A stretch of DNA of 64,000 bases from Saprospiraceae bacterium (GCA_041392805.1 JAWKLJ010000001.1:4843101-4907100), one strand, 5' to 3'. Shown: positions 29,914 to 39,661, counted from the stretch's first letter. Made by a program: numbers and translations. The notes: a model not told the origin generated them from the letters alone.

Positions 29914-30537
29914 ATGCAAGAATTACTTCAAGCTGCTTTTAGCTTAAATAACATTGTGTTTACAGTGCTACTAGGCATGGTGTTGCTCTATTGGCTTAGT
30001 GTGTTTTTAGGCTTGTTGGACATGGGGTCATTTGATGTAGACCTTGAGGTGGATGCGGACCTCGATGTAGATGCCGATATCGCAGGGGGGAATTTAGCAG
30101 GAGTATTACACTTTTTTAATTTTGGCAAGCTCCCTTTTATGATCGTCATGTCTTTTTTAATACTGAGTATGTGGGTGATCTCTATTTTACTCAATCATTA
30201 TTTCGGATATGGATCCTTGGGATTTGCTTTACTGATGTTCTTCCCCAACCTGGCGGCCAGTTTGCTCATTACAAAGGTAGTGACCAGCCCCTTTGTACCT
30301 GTATTTGAAAGCCTGGATGGTACAGAAGACCCCATTGATTATATTGGACAGGTTTGTACTTTGACTTTATCTGCGGCACCAAATGACCTCGGCCAGGCCG
30401 AGTTACTCGTGAATGGTAGTAACTTGCTGGTGAATGTCATGGCAGATAATCAATTGATTAACAAGGGCGAAAAAGCCCTGATTATACAAGAGAATAAAGA
30501 GAAATCGTATTTCATTATTCAAAAAATAGATGATTAA
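29914..30537 (+). CDS. YqiJ/NfeD-like membrane protein (DUF1449-like), first gene of a flotillin operon
   Basis: Two transmembrane regions, an acidic DVDLEVDADLDVDAD stretch, and a C-terminal OB-fold-like soluble part. Located immediately upstream of a flotillin gene, as in yqiJ-yqiK operons. Confidence 0.55.
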   Translation: MQELLQAAFSLNNIVFTVLLGMVLLYWLSVFLGLLDMGSFDVDLEVDADLDVDADIAGGNLAGVLHFFNFGKLPFMIVMSFLILSMWVISILLNHYFGYGSLGFALLMFFPNLAASLLITKVVTSPFVPVFESLDGTEDPIDYIGQVCTLTLSAAPNDLGQAELLVNGSNLLVNVMADNQLINKGEKALIIQENKEKSYFIIQKIDD

Positions 30538-30540
30538 ATT

Positions 30541-30756
30541 ATGGGACCTATGTTTGGTATGTTGATGTTCTCCTTTGTACTTGGCTGTTTGGCCTTATGG
30601 GTCTATGCAATCATTGATATCGTAAAAGGAGGTTTTAAATCGGAAAGTGATAAAATCGTTTGGTTGATATTGGTTTTAATGATTCCATTTTTGGGAACGG
30701 TTTTATACTTCCTCATTGGCCAAAAACAAAAAACAGATCCCAGCGATTTGGTTTAA
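30541..30756 (+). CDS. Small two-transmembrane protein (PLD-nuclease N-terminal-domain-like)
   Basis: 71 aa with two hydrophobic helices and a conserved-looking WLILVLMIPFLGTVLYFLIG segment. It starts 3 nt after the upstream gene, which suggests co-transcription. Confidence 0.5.
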   Translation: MGPMFGMLMFSFVLGCLALWVYAIIDIVKGGFKSESDKIVWLILVLMIPFLGTVLYFLIGQKQKTDPSDLV

Positions 30757-30934
30757 GCCATAACCCCACTGAACCAAGAAAAAATGGCGCTCCTCTATAT
30801 CACACTCGAGCAGCAGGCTGGTCTTATGGCCAGTCCCTGCCGAGAATAACATGCGCTCAGCCATCTATCTTGCACAGTGTCTTTTGGATGTAACTAATCC
30901 TCATTTTACACAAAACACATAAAATCCCAACAAA

Positions 30935-33067
30935 ATGCTAACAACAACCTTTTTCGTTGTCCTGGGACTACTCATCTTCATCCTCTTTGGTATCCTCGTC
31001 ATGGTTGCCAAGTGGTATAAAAAGGTACCGCAGGGACAGGCGCTCGTCAGAACTGGGGGCAAAGAACCCAAAGTAGCTTTCAAGAATGGTATGTTCGTCA
31101 TTCCCATTATCCATATGGTAGAACGAATGGACCTTTCGGTAAAGACCGTTGAAATTGCCCGTTTAAAAGAAGACGGCCTCATTTGTAAAGACAATATGAG
31201 AGCAGATATCAAAGTGGTCTTCTTCGTTCGGGTAAATTCTGATCCCGAGGCTATCCTCAAGGTCGCACAAACCATAGGCTGTTCCAGGGCCTCTGACCTG
31301 GCGACGCTAAAGCAGCTCTTTGAAGCCAAATTCTCAGAAGCTTTAAAAACAGTGGGCAAACGCTTTGAGTTTGTCGAACTGTATGATAACCGCGAAAAAT
31401 TCAAGAAAGAAATTATCAATATTATTGGTTCAGACCTCAACGGGTATGTACTTGATGACTGTGCCATTGACTACCTCGAACAAACGCCTATCGACTTTCT
31501 AAAGGCGGATAATATCCTCGACTCAGAGGGTATTAAAAAGATCACGGAATTGACGGCTGTTCAAAAAATGAAAGCCAACTTTATCCGCCGGGAAGAAGAA
31601 AAAACCATCAAAGAGCAGGATGTGGAAGCACGCGAAGCCATCCTGGAATTCGAACGCCAATTGGCAGAAAAAGAAGAACGCCAAAAGCGGGAAATAGCCA
31701 ATATCAAATCGCGAGAAAATGCTGAAATAGCGAAAATAGGTGAAGAAGAGCGCCTGCGCTCCGAAATGGTTCGCATCAAGACCGAAGAAGAACTGGCCAT
31801 TGCCGAAGAAAACAAACAACGCCAGGTCGTGATTGCGGCTAAAAATAAAGAACGCGCAGAAGCAGTCGAAACGGAAAGGGTCGAAAAAGATCGCTTACTA
31901 GAACAAACTGAAAAAGAGCGCATCGTTACCCTGGCTGAAATTGAAAAAGAAAAGGCCATCGAAGAAGAACGACGCAATATCCAGGACGTCATCCGCGAGC
32001 GCGTGATGGTAGAGCGGAAAACGGTCGAGGAAGAAGAAAAGATCAAAGATACCCAGGAAGTTGCGACCGCCAATCGTTCCAAGCAGGTGGCATTGATCAG
32101 GGCGGAGGAAGCAGGAGAATCATCGATCATCGAACTCTCCAAAACGGCAGAAGCAGAAAAACTGGCTGCGGAAATCCAGGCACAGAAGCTCTTAATCGAT
32201 GCCGAAGCAGAGAAAAATGCGGCCGTAAAAGACGCGGAAGCGCGCAAGATCAGGGCCGAAGCCAAAGCAGCGGAGGAGGCAACCATTGGCCTCTCAGAAG
32301 CCAAGGTGATCGAAGCCAAAGCCAAGGCCAGAGAATACGAAGGCAGCCTGGAGGCAGTTGTCATCGAGAAAAAAGCGGTAGCAGAAGCCAAATCGATTGC
32401 TGCCAAAGCCGAGGCCAATCACAAGCAAGGCATGCTAGAGGCCGAAGTCATGGCAGAGAAAGGCGGCTCCGAAGCCAAAGTCACCTCTGAGAAAGGAATG
32501 GCCGAAGCCAAAGTGATGGAAGAAAAACTGGTAGCCGAAGCCAAAGGTGTAGAGCAAAAAGCCATGGCAATGAAGAAATTGGATGGCGTTGGTAAGGAGC
32601 ATGAAGAATTCAAGCTGCGACTCCAAAAGGACAAGGAGGTACAATTGGCAGAAATTGAGATTCAGCGATACATTGCTGAAGCACAGGCCATGGCCTTGTC
32701 AGAAGCCTTCAAACAAGCTAAAATTGACATCGTTGGCGGCGAAGCCACCTTCATCAATAACGTGATGAATGCGATCAATCGCGGCAAAACCGTCGACCGA
32801 ATGATCGATAGCAGCCACCATCTTGGCGACCTTAAAACCGCGCTCTTAGGCAATGGCAATGGCACAACGGGCCTGTTAACGCAAATCAAAGAAGTGATAC
32901 AATCGGCAGGATTGAAAACCGAAGACATCAAAAACCTAACGCTGGCTGCCCTGCTCTTTAAGGTGCAGAAAAAAGTTGGCGATAGTGAAAAAAGTCAAAT
33001 CGGCCAAATCATCGAAACCGTTCAGCAATTTGGTTTGAATGATCAATTAGTTGGTAGTTTACTGTAA
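30935..33067 (+). CDS. Flotillin-like SPFH/band-7 protein (YqiK-like) with a long Ala/Glu/Lys-rich coiled-coil
   Basis: N-terminal transmembrane segment and an SPFH core (QALVRTGGKEPKVAFKNGMFVIPIIHMVERMDLSVKTVEI). Extended (E/A)-(A)-K-rich coiled-coil repeats, typical of flotillins. Confidence 0.85.
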   Translation: MLTTTFFVVLGLLIFILFGILVMVAKWYKKVPQGQALVRTGGKEPKVAFKNGMFVIPIIHMVERMDLSVKTVEIARLKEDGLICKDNMRADIKVVFFVRVNSDPEAILKVAQTIGCSRASDLATLKQLFEAKFSEALKTVGKRFEFVELYDNREKFKKEIINIIGSDLNGYVLDDCAIDYLEQTPIDFLKADNILDSEGIKKITELTAVQKMKANFIRREEEKTIKEQDVEAREAILEFERQLAEKEERQKREIANIKSRENAEIAKIGEEERLRSEMVRIKTEEELAIAEENKQRQVVIAAKNKERAEAVETERVEKDRLLEQTEKERIVTLAEIEKEKAIEEERRNIQDVIRERVMVERKTVEEEEKIKDTQEVATANRSKQVALIRAEEAGESSIIELSKTAEAEKLAAEIQAQKLLIDAEAEKNAAVKDAEARKIRAEAKAAEEATIGLSEAKVIEAKAKAREYEGSLEAVVIEKKAVAEAKSIAAKAEANHKQGMLEAEVMAEKGGSEAKVTSEKGMAEAKVMEEKLVAEAKGVEQKAMAMKKLDGVGKEHEEFKLRLQKDKEVQLAEIEIQRYIAEAQAMALSEAFKQAKIDIVGGEATFINNVMNAINRGKTVDRMIDSSHHLGDLKTALLGNGNGTTGLLTQIKEVIQSAGLKTEDIKNLTLAALLFKVQKKVGDSEKSQIGQIIETVQQFGLNDQLVGSLL

Positions 33068-33076
33068 TTTATATGA

Positions 33077-33108
33077 CTTGGGCCGCTGCGGTGGCCCAAG
33101 TTTCTTTG
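33077..33108 (+). terminator. Rho-independent terminator after the flotillin operon
   Basis: cttgggccgctgcggtggcccaag hairpin followed by tttctttg. Confidence 0.5.
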
Positions 33109-33117
33109 TCTTAAGTA

Positions 33118-34161
33118 ATGATCAAAGAGCACCTAAATAACAAATGGACGAGAGGTCTGGGGGTAGTAATCATAGTCCTATTTGTGGCTGTTTATTTTTA
33201 CCGAACCAATCAATGCGATTGTGTGGCTCGTATAAGTTATAAAGATATCAACTTAAATCAAGGGATGAATATAGATAGTCTTCTGCGTCCGATAGATAAT
33301 GCAGAAGTGGCCAAGACCATGAAGGATTGGTCGCAGTTTAATTTAGAAAGTGATAGTTTTAAAGTGATTAAGTCTTTTGCCTACAACAAGCAACGCAAAC
33401 TGGTATTGGTTCAACATTTTTTTGCAGGCGATGGTCATTATGGTGCCATTATCTTACCTGAAGATTATGACAAATCTAAAAAATACCCTTTACTAATTTG
33501 GGCAAACGGACTTAACCAATCGAATCCAAGTGTGGATTTGTTTAAACGCAGTGAAATCCAAGCACTAGTTGGAGGATTACAACAATACTTCATCGTGGTT
33601 CCTTCCTTTCGGGGACAAGCTTTGGTCATCAACCAGCATCGCTATTGTTCTGATGGCTTTTTTGGTGATGCTTTTGATGGTGCTACGGATGATGCTCTTC
33701 GTTTGATGCATTTGACAAAGATTAACTATCCGGCGGTGGATTCGAATCGATTGGCTGTATATGGGGTGAGTAGGGGAGGTACGGTCGCAATGTTAGCGGG
33801 TATTCGGTATCCGAGCCTTCATTGTGTAGCTGCTCAAACCGGGCCATCAGATTTTTTGTTGAAATCCGTTTACCGGAAATTCGGCATGCAGTATAAATAC
33901 CAATTTTTAAGCCAAGCCCTGCCCCTGAGTTCGCTGCGTACTAAAATTATTAAAAGTTCACCCGCCCATTTTATCTCCTATTATCCGAATAACTTACTAC
34001 TTGTGTATGGCGAGCAGGATGGGACGGTCGGACTGGAAAATGCAACGTTTCTGTTAAACCAATTGCAAGAGAAGAAGAATATAGAACATGTCTTTTTAAA
34101 AGCAGGACATAATTTTGATTATGTTCAGCCGGTGATGGAATGGCTAAAAAAGTACAATTGA
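33118..34161 (+). CDS. Alpha/beta-hydrolase (S9 peptidase/esterase-like)
   Basis: N-terminal transmembrane anchor. GVSRGG nucleophile elbow (GxSxG), and downstream GEQDG...AGHNF consistent with the catalytic Asp and His. Confidence 0.7.
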   Translation: MIKEHLNNKWTRGLGVVIIVLFVAVYFYRTNQCDCVARISYKDINLNQGMNIDSLLRPIDNAEVAKTMKDWSQFNLESDSFKVIKSFAYNKQRKLVLVQHFFAGDGHYGAIILPEDYDKSKKYPLLIWANGLNQSNPSVDLFKRSEIQALVGGLQQYFIVVPSFRGQALVINQHRYCSDGFFGDAFDGATDDALRLMHLTKINYPAVDSNRLAVYGVSRGGTVAMLAGIRYPSLHCVAAQTGPSDFLLKSVYRKFGMQYKYQFLSQALPLSSLRTKIIKSSPAHFISYYPNNLLLVYGEQDGTVGLENATFLLNQLQEKKNIEHVFLKAGHNFDYVQPVMEWLKKYN

Positions 34162-34204
34162 TTTATAATGCACAACCCTTAAGATAACCCCAAATCTATT
34201 AATC

Positions 34205-34912
34205 ATGATAGACCCTCAAAACATCGATGAACAAGCACTAATCGAACAAGGCCTTAGAATGAAAGCAAATGGACTTGGCTCGACCTTTGTCTACAAGTTT
34301 ATAAGAGATAAGATAGAAGACCCGGAAATCCGGGGCCGTATTTTGGAAGCCATAAATCGACCTGCCGGTTTGGAAAAAGGAAGAACCAATCCCAAAGCGC
34401 TTAGTGAAGATGGAAAGAAAGAAGCTAGAGAATTAAGAATAGGTAAATACAAATATGAAGATTACCTGGAAGCGGTTCAGAAGTTAAGGCTGATAGGTTT
34501 TGGCTTTTTATTTTTGGGGACGATTTTCTTACTATCCTCTTATTCGTTTAGAGCGGCGAGTTTACCACATGCTGTTACAAGCCTATTTGGTGGGGCGTTT
34601 GTGCTACTAGTATACAAAAGCGTTTCATGGGATCGATTACAGAATATTTATGTAGGGATTGGCGTCTTTTTGCTGGCTATTTTGCTTGAATACCTGGCAT
34701 TTGGCTTGCCAGATCCTGTGATTCCTAGATTGGGAGAAATCGGAAATAGGGTGTATGTTAACTTTATTACGATAACCAATTCCGTTTCGCCTCTTATTTA
34801 TTTTGGGGCTAAAGTGGCCTTTAGTTATTTATTTTTTATGGTTTGGTATACGCGATCGCAAGTAGAAAAAATGCCATTACAAATACGCAGAAGACTTGGT
34901 GAAAAAGTCTAA
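34205..34912 (+). CDS. Hypothetical membrane protein
   Basis: 235-aa ORF with a soluble N-terminal part followed by several hydrophobic helices. No family recognised. Confidence 0.45.
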   Translation: MIDPQNIDEQALIEQGLRMKANGLGSTFVYKFIRDKIEDPEIRGRILEAINRPAGLEKGRTNPKALSEDGKKEARELRIGKYKYEDYLEAVQKLRLIGFGFLFLGTIFLLSSYSFRAASLPHAVTSLFGGAFVLLVYKSVSWDRLQNIYVGIGVFLLAILLEYLAFGLPDPVIPRLGEIGNRVYVNFITITNSVSPLIYFGAKVAFSYLFFMVWYTRSQVEKMPLQIRRRLGEKV

Positions 34913-35060
34913 TGGGGAAGGAGCGCAAACCGATTTGGCCCCTGGGAGCCAAACATGGAAGGGCTAGGGGAAATATCGGTGATATATAAATCTCATTTCT
35001 TATTTGCGATGTTTAGAAAAATCATCTACATTTGTTAGACAAAAGCTAATCTAATAAAGA

Positions 35061-35384
35061 ATGATGCCTAGTTTAGGAAGTTTAGAGGAAATAATACTGT
35101 TGCTTGTTTTGAGTATGAAGGAGGAAGCTTATGGGGTTTCAGTGGCTGAAAAGTACCAAGAGATTATGAATAAAAGCATTTCTATTCCATCCATCCATAC
35201 GGTGCTAAAACGATTGGAAGAAAAAGGCTTTCTTGTTTCTTCTATGGGGGGCGCTACCCAGGAAAGAGGCGGGCGAAAAAAGCGGCTTTATGAAATAACC
35301 CGATACGGCTATCAAAGCTTGGTGGAGCTACAAAAAACGCGCAACCAACTCTGGGGGGGCATTCCTAATCTAAGTTTTAATTAA
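35061..35384 (+). CDS. PadR-family transcriptional regulator
   Basis: Winged-helix PadR signature (ILLLVLSMKEEAYGVSVAEKYQE...SIHTVLKRLEEKGFLVSS...RKKRLYEIT). Confidence 0.8.
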   Translation: MMPSLGSLEEIILLLVLSMKEEAYGVSVAEKYQEIMNKSISIPSIHTVLKRLEEKGFLVSSMGGATQERGGRKKRLYEITRYGYQSLVELQKTRNQLWGGIPNLSFN

Positions 35385-35389
35385 ACAGC

Positions 35390-38074
35390 ATGCCACTATC
35401 CAACCATCATGAAATGCCGGACCCGCCAAAATGGGCAAATAGATTCCTGGAATGGTATTGCTCTCCTGACCAGATTGATGAGATACAAGGTGACCTTTAT
35501 GAAGTATTTCAGTCCGATGTAAAAAATAGGGGCATTCGGTATGCCAGACTCAAGTTTATACGTGATGTATTGTTGTTTTTTCGACCTTCCTCTTTTAAAA
35601 AAGAGCAGCCTGTTTATCCTAACAAAACAATTATGTTTAATTACTATCTTAAGACCACTTTTCGAAATCTATTCAAAAATAGCGCCTATTCCGCTATCAA
35701 TATCTTTGGTTTGGCCCTGGGGCTTGCGGCTTGTCTGCTGGTCTTTTCCTATACCCAGCGAGAAAGTAATTATGACACCATGCATGCAGACCTGGACCAA
35801 CTCTACCGGGTGAATCAAACGGCTATTTGGGACCCAGAAGGAGGCGTGATGAGTTCGACAGCCCCCCCGCTTGCAGCCCTGCTCAAAGCGAAATATCCAG
35901 AAATTGAAGCATCAACCAGGATCAACACGCCTGGCGGTCGCATTGTAAGGTATAAGCCCTCAAACCAACAGGTTTTGGCCTTCAATGAGGAGGATATCTT
36001 GGCAGCAGACTCTAATTTTTTTGATTTTTTTGCTTTTACGCTCAAAGAAGGAGATGCCCGGACCGCCTTGCAAGGTGTCGGGAAGGTGATATTATCCGCT
36101 GAAGCGGCAGAAAAATATTTTGGAGAGGAACAAGCTATTGGGAAAACCTTGGAATTTGGCGATGAAAGGATGGCTGTAGAAGTAACAGGCGTGACGAATC
36201 CACAACCTGAAAACCTGCATTTCCACTTTGATTTTCTATTGTCGATGCCAACCAATCCTAATGTGGAAAAATTTGACTGGAGTTATATTTGGACACAAAT
36301 GGTTACCTATGTTAAATTGAGGCCTGGCGTCGACGTGGATGCCTTTGAGACGAAATTAGAAGCTATTGCTGATACCTATGTGCAGCCAAGCTTTTCCAGG
36401 TTGGGGATGGATTATAAAGATTTTGTAGGTAACAAAGGTGGCTGGAATTTTTACTTGCAACCCGTCAGAGATATCCATTTGAAATCAGTAGATATTGGCA
36501 ACCGGATAGGGCCGATAGGCGATATGGCCATCATTAATTTATTGCGATTTGTGGCCCTTCTCATTTTATTGATCGCTATGCTCAATTTCATTAACCTCTC
36601 CACGGCGCGGGCAAGCACCAGAGCTAAGGAAATTGGCGTTAAAAAAACGATGGGCGCTTTTCGCTATACTTTGGTTGGTCAATTTCTGATGGAATCCATT
36701 ATCATTACAGCCCTTGCTACTTTGTTAGCGCTAGGTATGGTGACCATCCTACAAACAATCATCCAGTATTTTTCTGGCATCTTTATTTCCACTGCCTTTA
36801 TATTCAATAAAGCATTCCTACTGATTCTTTTGTTGATACCCATCGGAATTGGCGTATTGGCAGGGTTGTATCCGGCTTTTTATCTTTCTGCTTATAAACC
36901 CTTACAGGTGTTGAAAGGCAACCTTTCGGGAGGTATAAAAAGTGGTGCATTACGAAATGTACTGGTGACTGCCCAGTTTACCATTTCTATCGCCTTGATG
37001 GCGGGCACCTTGCTGATTCACCAGCAGCTCCAGTTTTTAAATAAAAAAGACCTTGGATTTAACGAAGAAAACATCATCGTTATCAATCATGCAGAAAAAC
37101 TAGGCAACAAATTGCCATCATTCCGCAATGAAATCAAAGACATACCCGGTGTAGTCAATGCCTCCCTGGCCATGGATATGCCGGGAAGAGGAACCTTTGA
37201 AGATATTTTCAGCAGAGAAGGTTCTGATCTGAAATTGCCGATCAGCCAGAATAAGATAGACGAATATTACTTTGAAACCATGGGATTATCTTTGTCGGCT
37301 GGGCGGGCCTTTGAAAAAAACCGGCCTTCTGACAAAAATGGACTTATCATTAACGAAACCACCGCAAAACTATTCGCCTGGGAAGACGGAGAAGCCATCG
37401 GAAAATCCATTCTCTATCCTGATTATCCTGGTGAATTGACGGTAATTGGAGTCGTAAAAGATTTTCATTTCCAATCCCTCCGGGAAAATATTACCCCCAT
37501 GATGTTTTTTAATATCGAGTCAGACATGTGGGGCGACCAGCGGGTCCTTACCCTTAAATATGCCCAAAAAGACGAACAGCAGCTGCTCTCCCAGCTAGAG
37601 ACCACCTGGAAGGAAATGGCCTTGGATGTTCCTTTTGAATATTCCTATTTTGACCAGGAACTGGCTCAATTGTATGAGCAGGAACGTAGCTTGTCGGGCC
37701 TCATTTCGGTATTCACAAGCTTTTCCCTGTTCATCGCCATCATCGGCTTAGTCGGCCTATTGGCTTTTTCGGCCGAACAAAAACGGAAGGAAATTGGCAT
37801 TCGAAAGGTGCTGGGCGCCTCCATTTTACAAGTCTTTTTAATGCTCAACCAACAATACTTAAAGCTATTTTTATTGGCCTTGGTTTTAGCCGTGCCACTC
37901 TCTTGGCAAAGCATGCAGCAATGGCTAAACTCCTTCGCTTATAGTATCAATATAAATGTATTCGTGTATGTCATTGCTGGTTTGTTGGTCGTCATTTTGT
38001 CTTTCATCAGCGTGAGTTATCTTTCCCTAAAGGCTGCCTCGACCAACCCTGCTACGGTGTTGAAGGATGAATAA
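35390..38074 (+). CDS. FtsX/MacB-type ABC transporter permease (about 890 aa, duplicated FtsX domains) with an N-terminal PadR-associated prefix domain
   Basis: Two FtsX-like four-transmembrane bundles with large periplasmic domains. This is the conserved PadR-plus-permease pairing common in Bacteroidota. Confidence 0.85.
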   Translation: MPLSNHHEMPDPPKWANRFLEWYCSPDQIDEIQGDLYEVFQSDVKNRGIRYARLKFIRDVLLFFRPSSFKKEQPVYPNKTIMFNYYLKTTFRNLFKNSAYSAINIFGLALGLAACLLVFSYTQRESNYDTMHADLDQLYRVNQTAIWDPEGGVMSSTAPPLAALLKAKYPEIEASTRINTPGGRIVRYKPSNQQVLAFNEEDILAADSNFFDFFAFTLKEGDARTALQGVGKVILSAEAAEKYFGEEQAIGKTLEFGDERMAVEVTGVTNPQPENLHFHFDFLLSMPTNPNVEKFDWSYIWTQMVTYVKLRPGVDVDAFETKLEAIADTYVQPSFSRLGMDYKDFVGNKGGWNFYLQPVRDIHLKSVDIGNRIGPIGDMAIINLLRFVALLILLIAMLNFINLSTARASTRAKEIGVKKTMGAFRYTLVGQFLMESIIITALATLLALGMVTILQTIIQYFSGIFISTAFIFNKAFLLILLLIPIGIGVLAGLYPAFYLSAYKPLQVLKGNLSGGIKSGALRNVLVTAQFTISIALMAGTLLIHQQLQFLNKKDLGFNEENIIVINHAEKLGNKLPSFRNEIKDIPGVVNASLAMDMPGRGTFEDIFSREGSDLKLPISQNKIDEYYFETMGLSLSAGRAFEKNRPSDKNGLIINETTAKLFAWEDGEAIGKSILYPDYPGELTVIGVVKDFHFQSLRENITPMMFFNIESDMWGDQRVLTLKYAQKDEQQLLSQLETTWKEMALDVPFEYSYFDQELAQLYEQERSLSGLISVFTSFSLFIAIIGLVGLLAFSAEQKRKEIGIRKVLGASILQVFLMLNQQYLKLFLLALVLAVPLSWQSMQQWLNSFAYSININVFVYVIAGLLVVILSFISVSYLSLKAASTNPATVLKDE

Positions 38075-38554
38075 GGGGGAATCAAAATCCCTGCCTGCCG
38101 GAATACAATGGCGGCAGGAAAATGTCAATTAAAATCGAAATATCAATGATGTCGCTGTTTGCCGTCCTACCTTGCTCCGCTCGAGAACCCGCCACACTCT
38201 AGTCGCCGGTTCTCGAGCTCCAGCTCGTGAACCTGTCAGTTCTTTGACAGCCTGTAGCTCCAGCTACATCACCTTGTTTTCAATGGCAATTTCAATCCCT
38301 GTCTGCCGGAGACAGGAAAATCAAAATCAAAATTTCAATGGCAATTTCAATGCCTCCTGTGTCGCTGGGGCTTGCCCCCAACCTCTACTACCCTCACATC
38401 CCACAAAAAAAACCTCAAGCCAAACCTCCAATACCTCTTTCCCTCCAATACCTCCCCGTCCAAAAAAAGCTAAGCCAAACTACCTCCCCGTCCCAAAAAA
38501 CTTACAACTTTCCCCGCCACACCTCAGTAACATTTCCCTGTGTCCCTGAGTCCA

Positions 38555-38850
38555 CCCCCGCCAACTGACCCCTCACCCAAGCCATTGCCCCGACTCCTTC
38601 TTCATCCCTCAGCAACTGACCCCTCACCCAAGCCATTGCCCCGACTCCTTCGTCATTCCCTCAGCAACTGACCCCTCACCCCAAGACACACACACACGCC
38701 AACTCTCCCCTCACCCAAGTCCCCCTCCGCCAACTCTCCCCTCACCCCAAGACACACACACGCCAACTCTCCCCTCACCCCAAAACACACCCCCGCCAAC
38801 TGACCCCTCACCCAAGTCCCCCCCCGCCAACCTACTCCTCCCCCGCAAAA
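38555..38850. repeat. Degenerate C/A-rich tandem repeats (30-52-bp units); the minus strand carries GGGG runs
   Basis: ccaactgacccctcacccaagccattgccccgactccttc (2 copies), ccaactctcccctcacccc(aag)acacacacacg (3 copies), and (ac)n tracts. Almost no G on the plus strand across about 38385-38850. Confidence 0.7.
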
Positions 38851-39647
38851 AAATCATCAAAAAACAACAACTGGTACTTCACAGCATTTTCCCAATAGTC
38901 CCAATTGTGTTTTCCGGGTCGTTCGATATAATCATGGGGGATATTGCGCTCTACCATTTTGTCATGGAGCTTCGCATTCACCTGGTAAAAGAAATCATCT
39001 ACCCCGCAGTCAATGATCAAGGACAAGGATTTGCCATTGAGCAGGTATAGCAGATTGGTCACAGAATGGGTTTCCCAGCGTTCCGGGTGGGCAGCGTAGG
39101 TGCCTAGGCGCGCTTTGATGTCCCAGTTATTGGGGAATGGCCGGATATCTACGCCTCCGCTCATGCTTCCTGCTGCCAGCCAAATATCCTGGTTCCGAAA
39201 ACACAAAAACAAAGCGCCGTGTCCGCCCATGCTCAGTCCGGTGATGGCTCTTTTTTCGGGCGTGGCCAGGGTAGGGTATTGGCTATCCACCTTACTCACC
39301 AGCTCTTTTGAAATATAGGTTTCGTACTGCATGGAAGGATCAATAGGGCTGTCAAAATACCAGCTAGTATTGCCGCCATCAGGACAAACAATGATGAATT
39401 GGTGTTCGTCAGCATAGTCCACAATGGCAGGTACTTTTTTTATCCAATCCGTATAATCACCAGTTGCCCCATGCAAGAGATAAACAACGGGGTAGCGTTT
39501 ATTGGCATCACCATCATTGTCAGGTAGAATAACAATATTCTGGATGGATTTATTCATACTCACAGAAAAAACGACCATCGTGTCAACGGTGGCGCTGAAG
39601 GCTTGGAAGCCTAGAAAAAGGAAAAGACAAAGTGTATGTAGTTTCAT
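38832..39647 (-). CDS. Putative esterase (PF00756 / S-formylglutathione-hydrolase-like alpha/beta hydrolase)
   Basis: Signal peptide. LHGATGDYTDW and GLSMGGHGAL (GxSxG) motifs. Confidence 0.8.
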   Translation of the reverse strand: MKLHTLCLFLFLGFQAFSATVDTMVVFSVSMNKSIQNIVILPDNDGDANKRYPVVYLLHGATGDYTDWIKKVPAIVDYADEHQFIIVCPDGGNTSWYFDSPIDPSMQYETYISKELVSKVDSQYPTLATPEKRAITGLSMGGHGALFLCFRNQDIWLAAGSMSGGVDIRPFPNNWDIKARLGTYAAHPERWETHSVTNLLYLLNGKSLSLIIDCGVDDFFYQVNAKLHDKMVERNIPHDYIERPGKHNWDYWENAVKYQLLFFDDFFAGEE

Positions 39648-39661
39648 AATAGTGGTATTTT

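Noticed and set aside
31561-32418. 285-aa minus-strand ORF rich in Ser/Ala, with neighbouring 98-, 71- and 69-aa minus-strand ORFs
   Set aside because: They are the mirror image of the Glu/Ala/Lys-rich coiled-coil region of the flotillin gene. They have low complexity and no start context, and they overlap a high-confidence gene entirely.
38172-38568. Pro-rich plus-strand ORFs (125 aa and 76 aa) in the C-rich repeat region
   Set aside because: Open frames are expected by chance in G-free, C-rich tandem repeats. The sequence is low complexity with no ribosome-binding context, so I treated it as non-coding repeat DNA.
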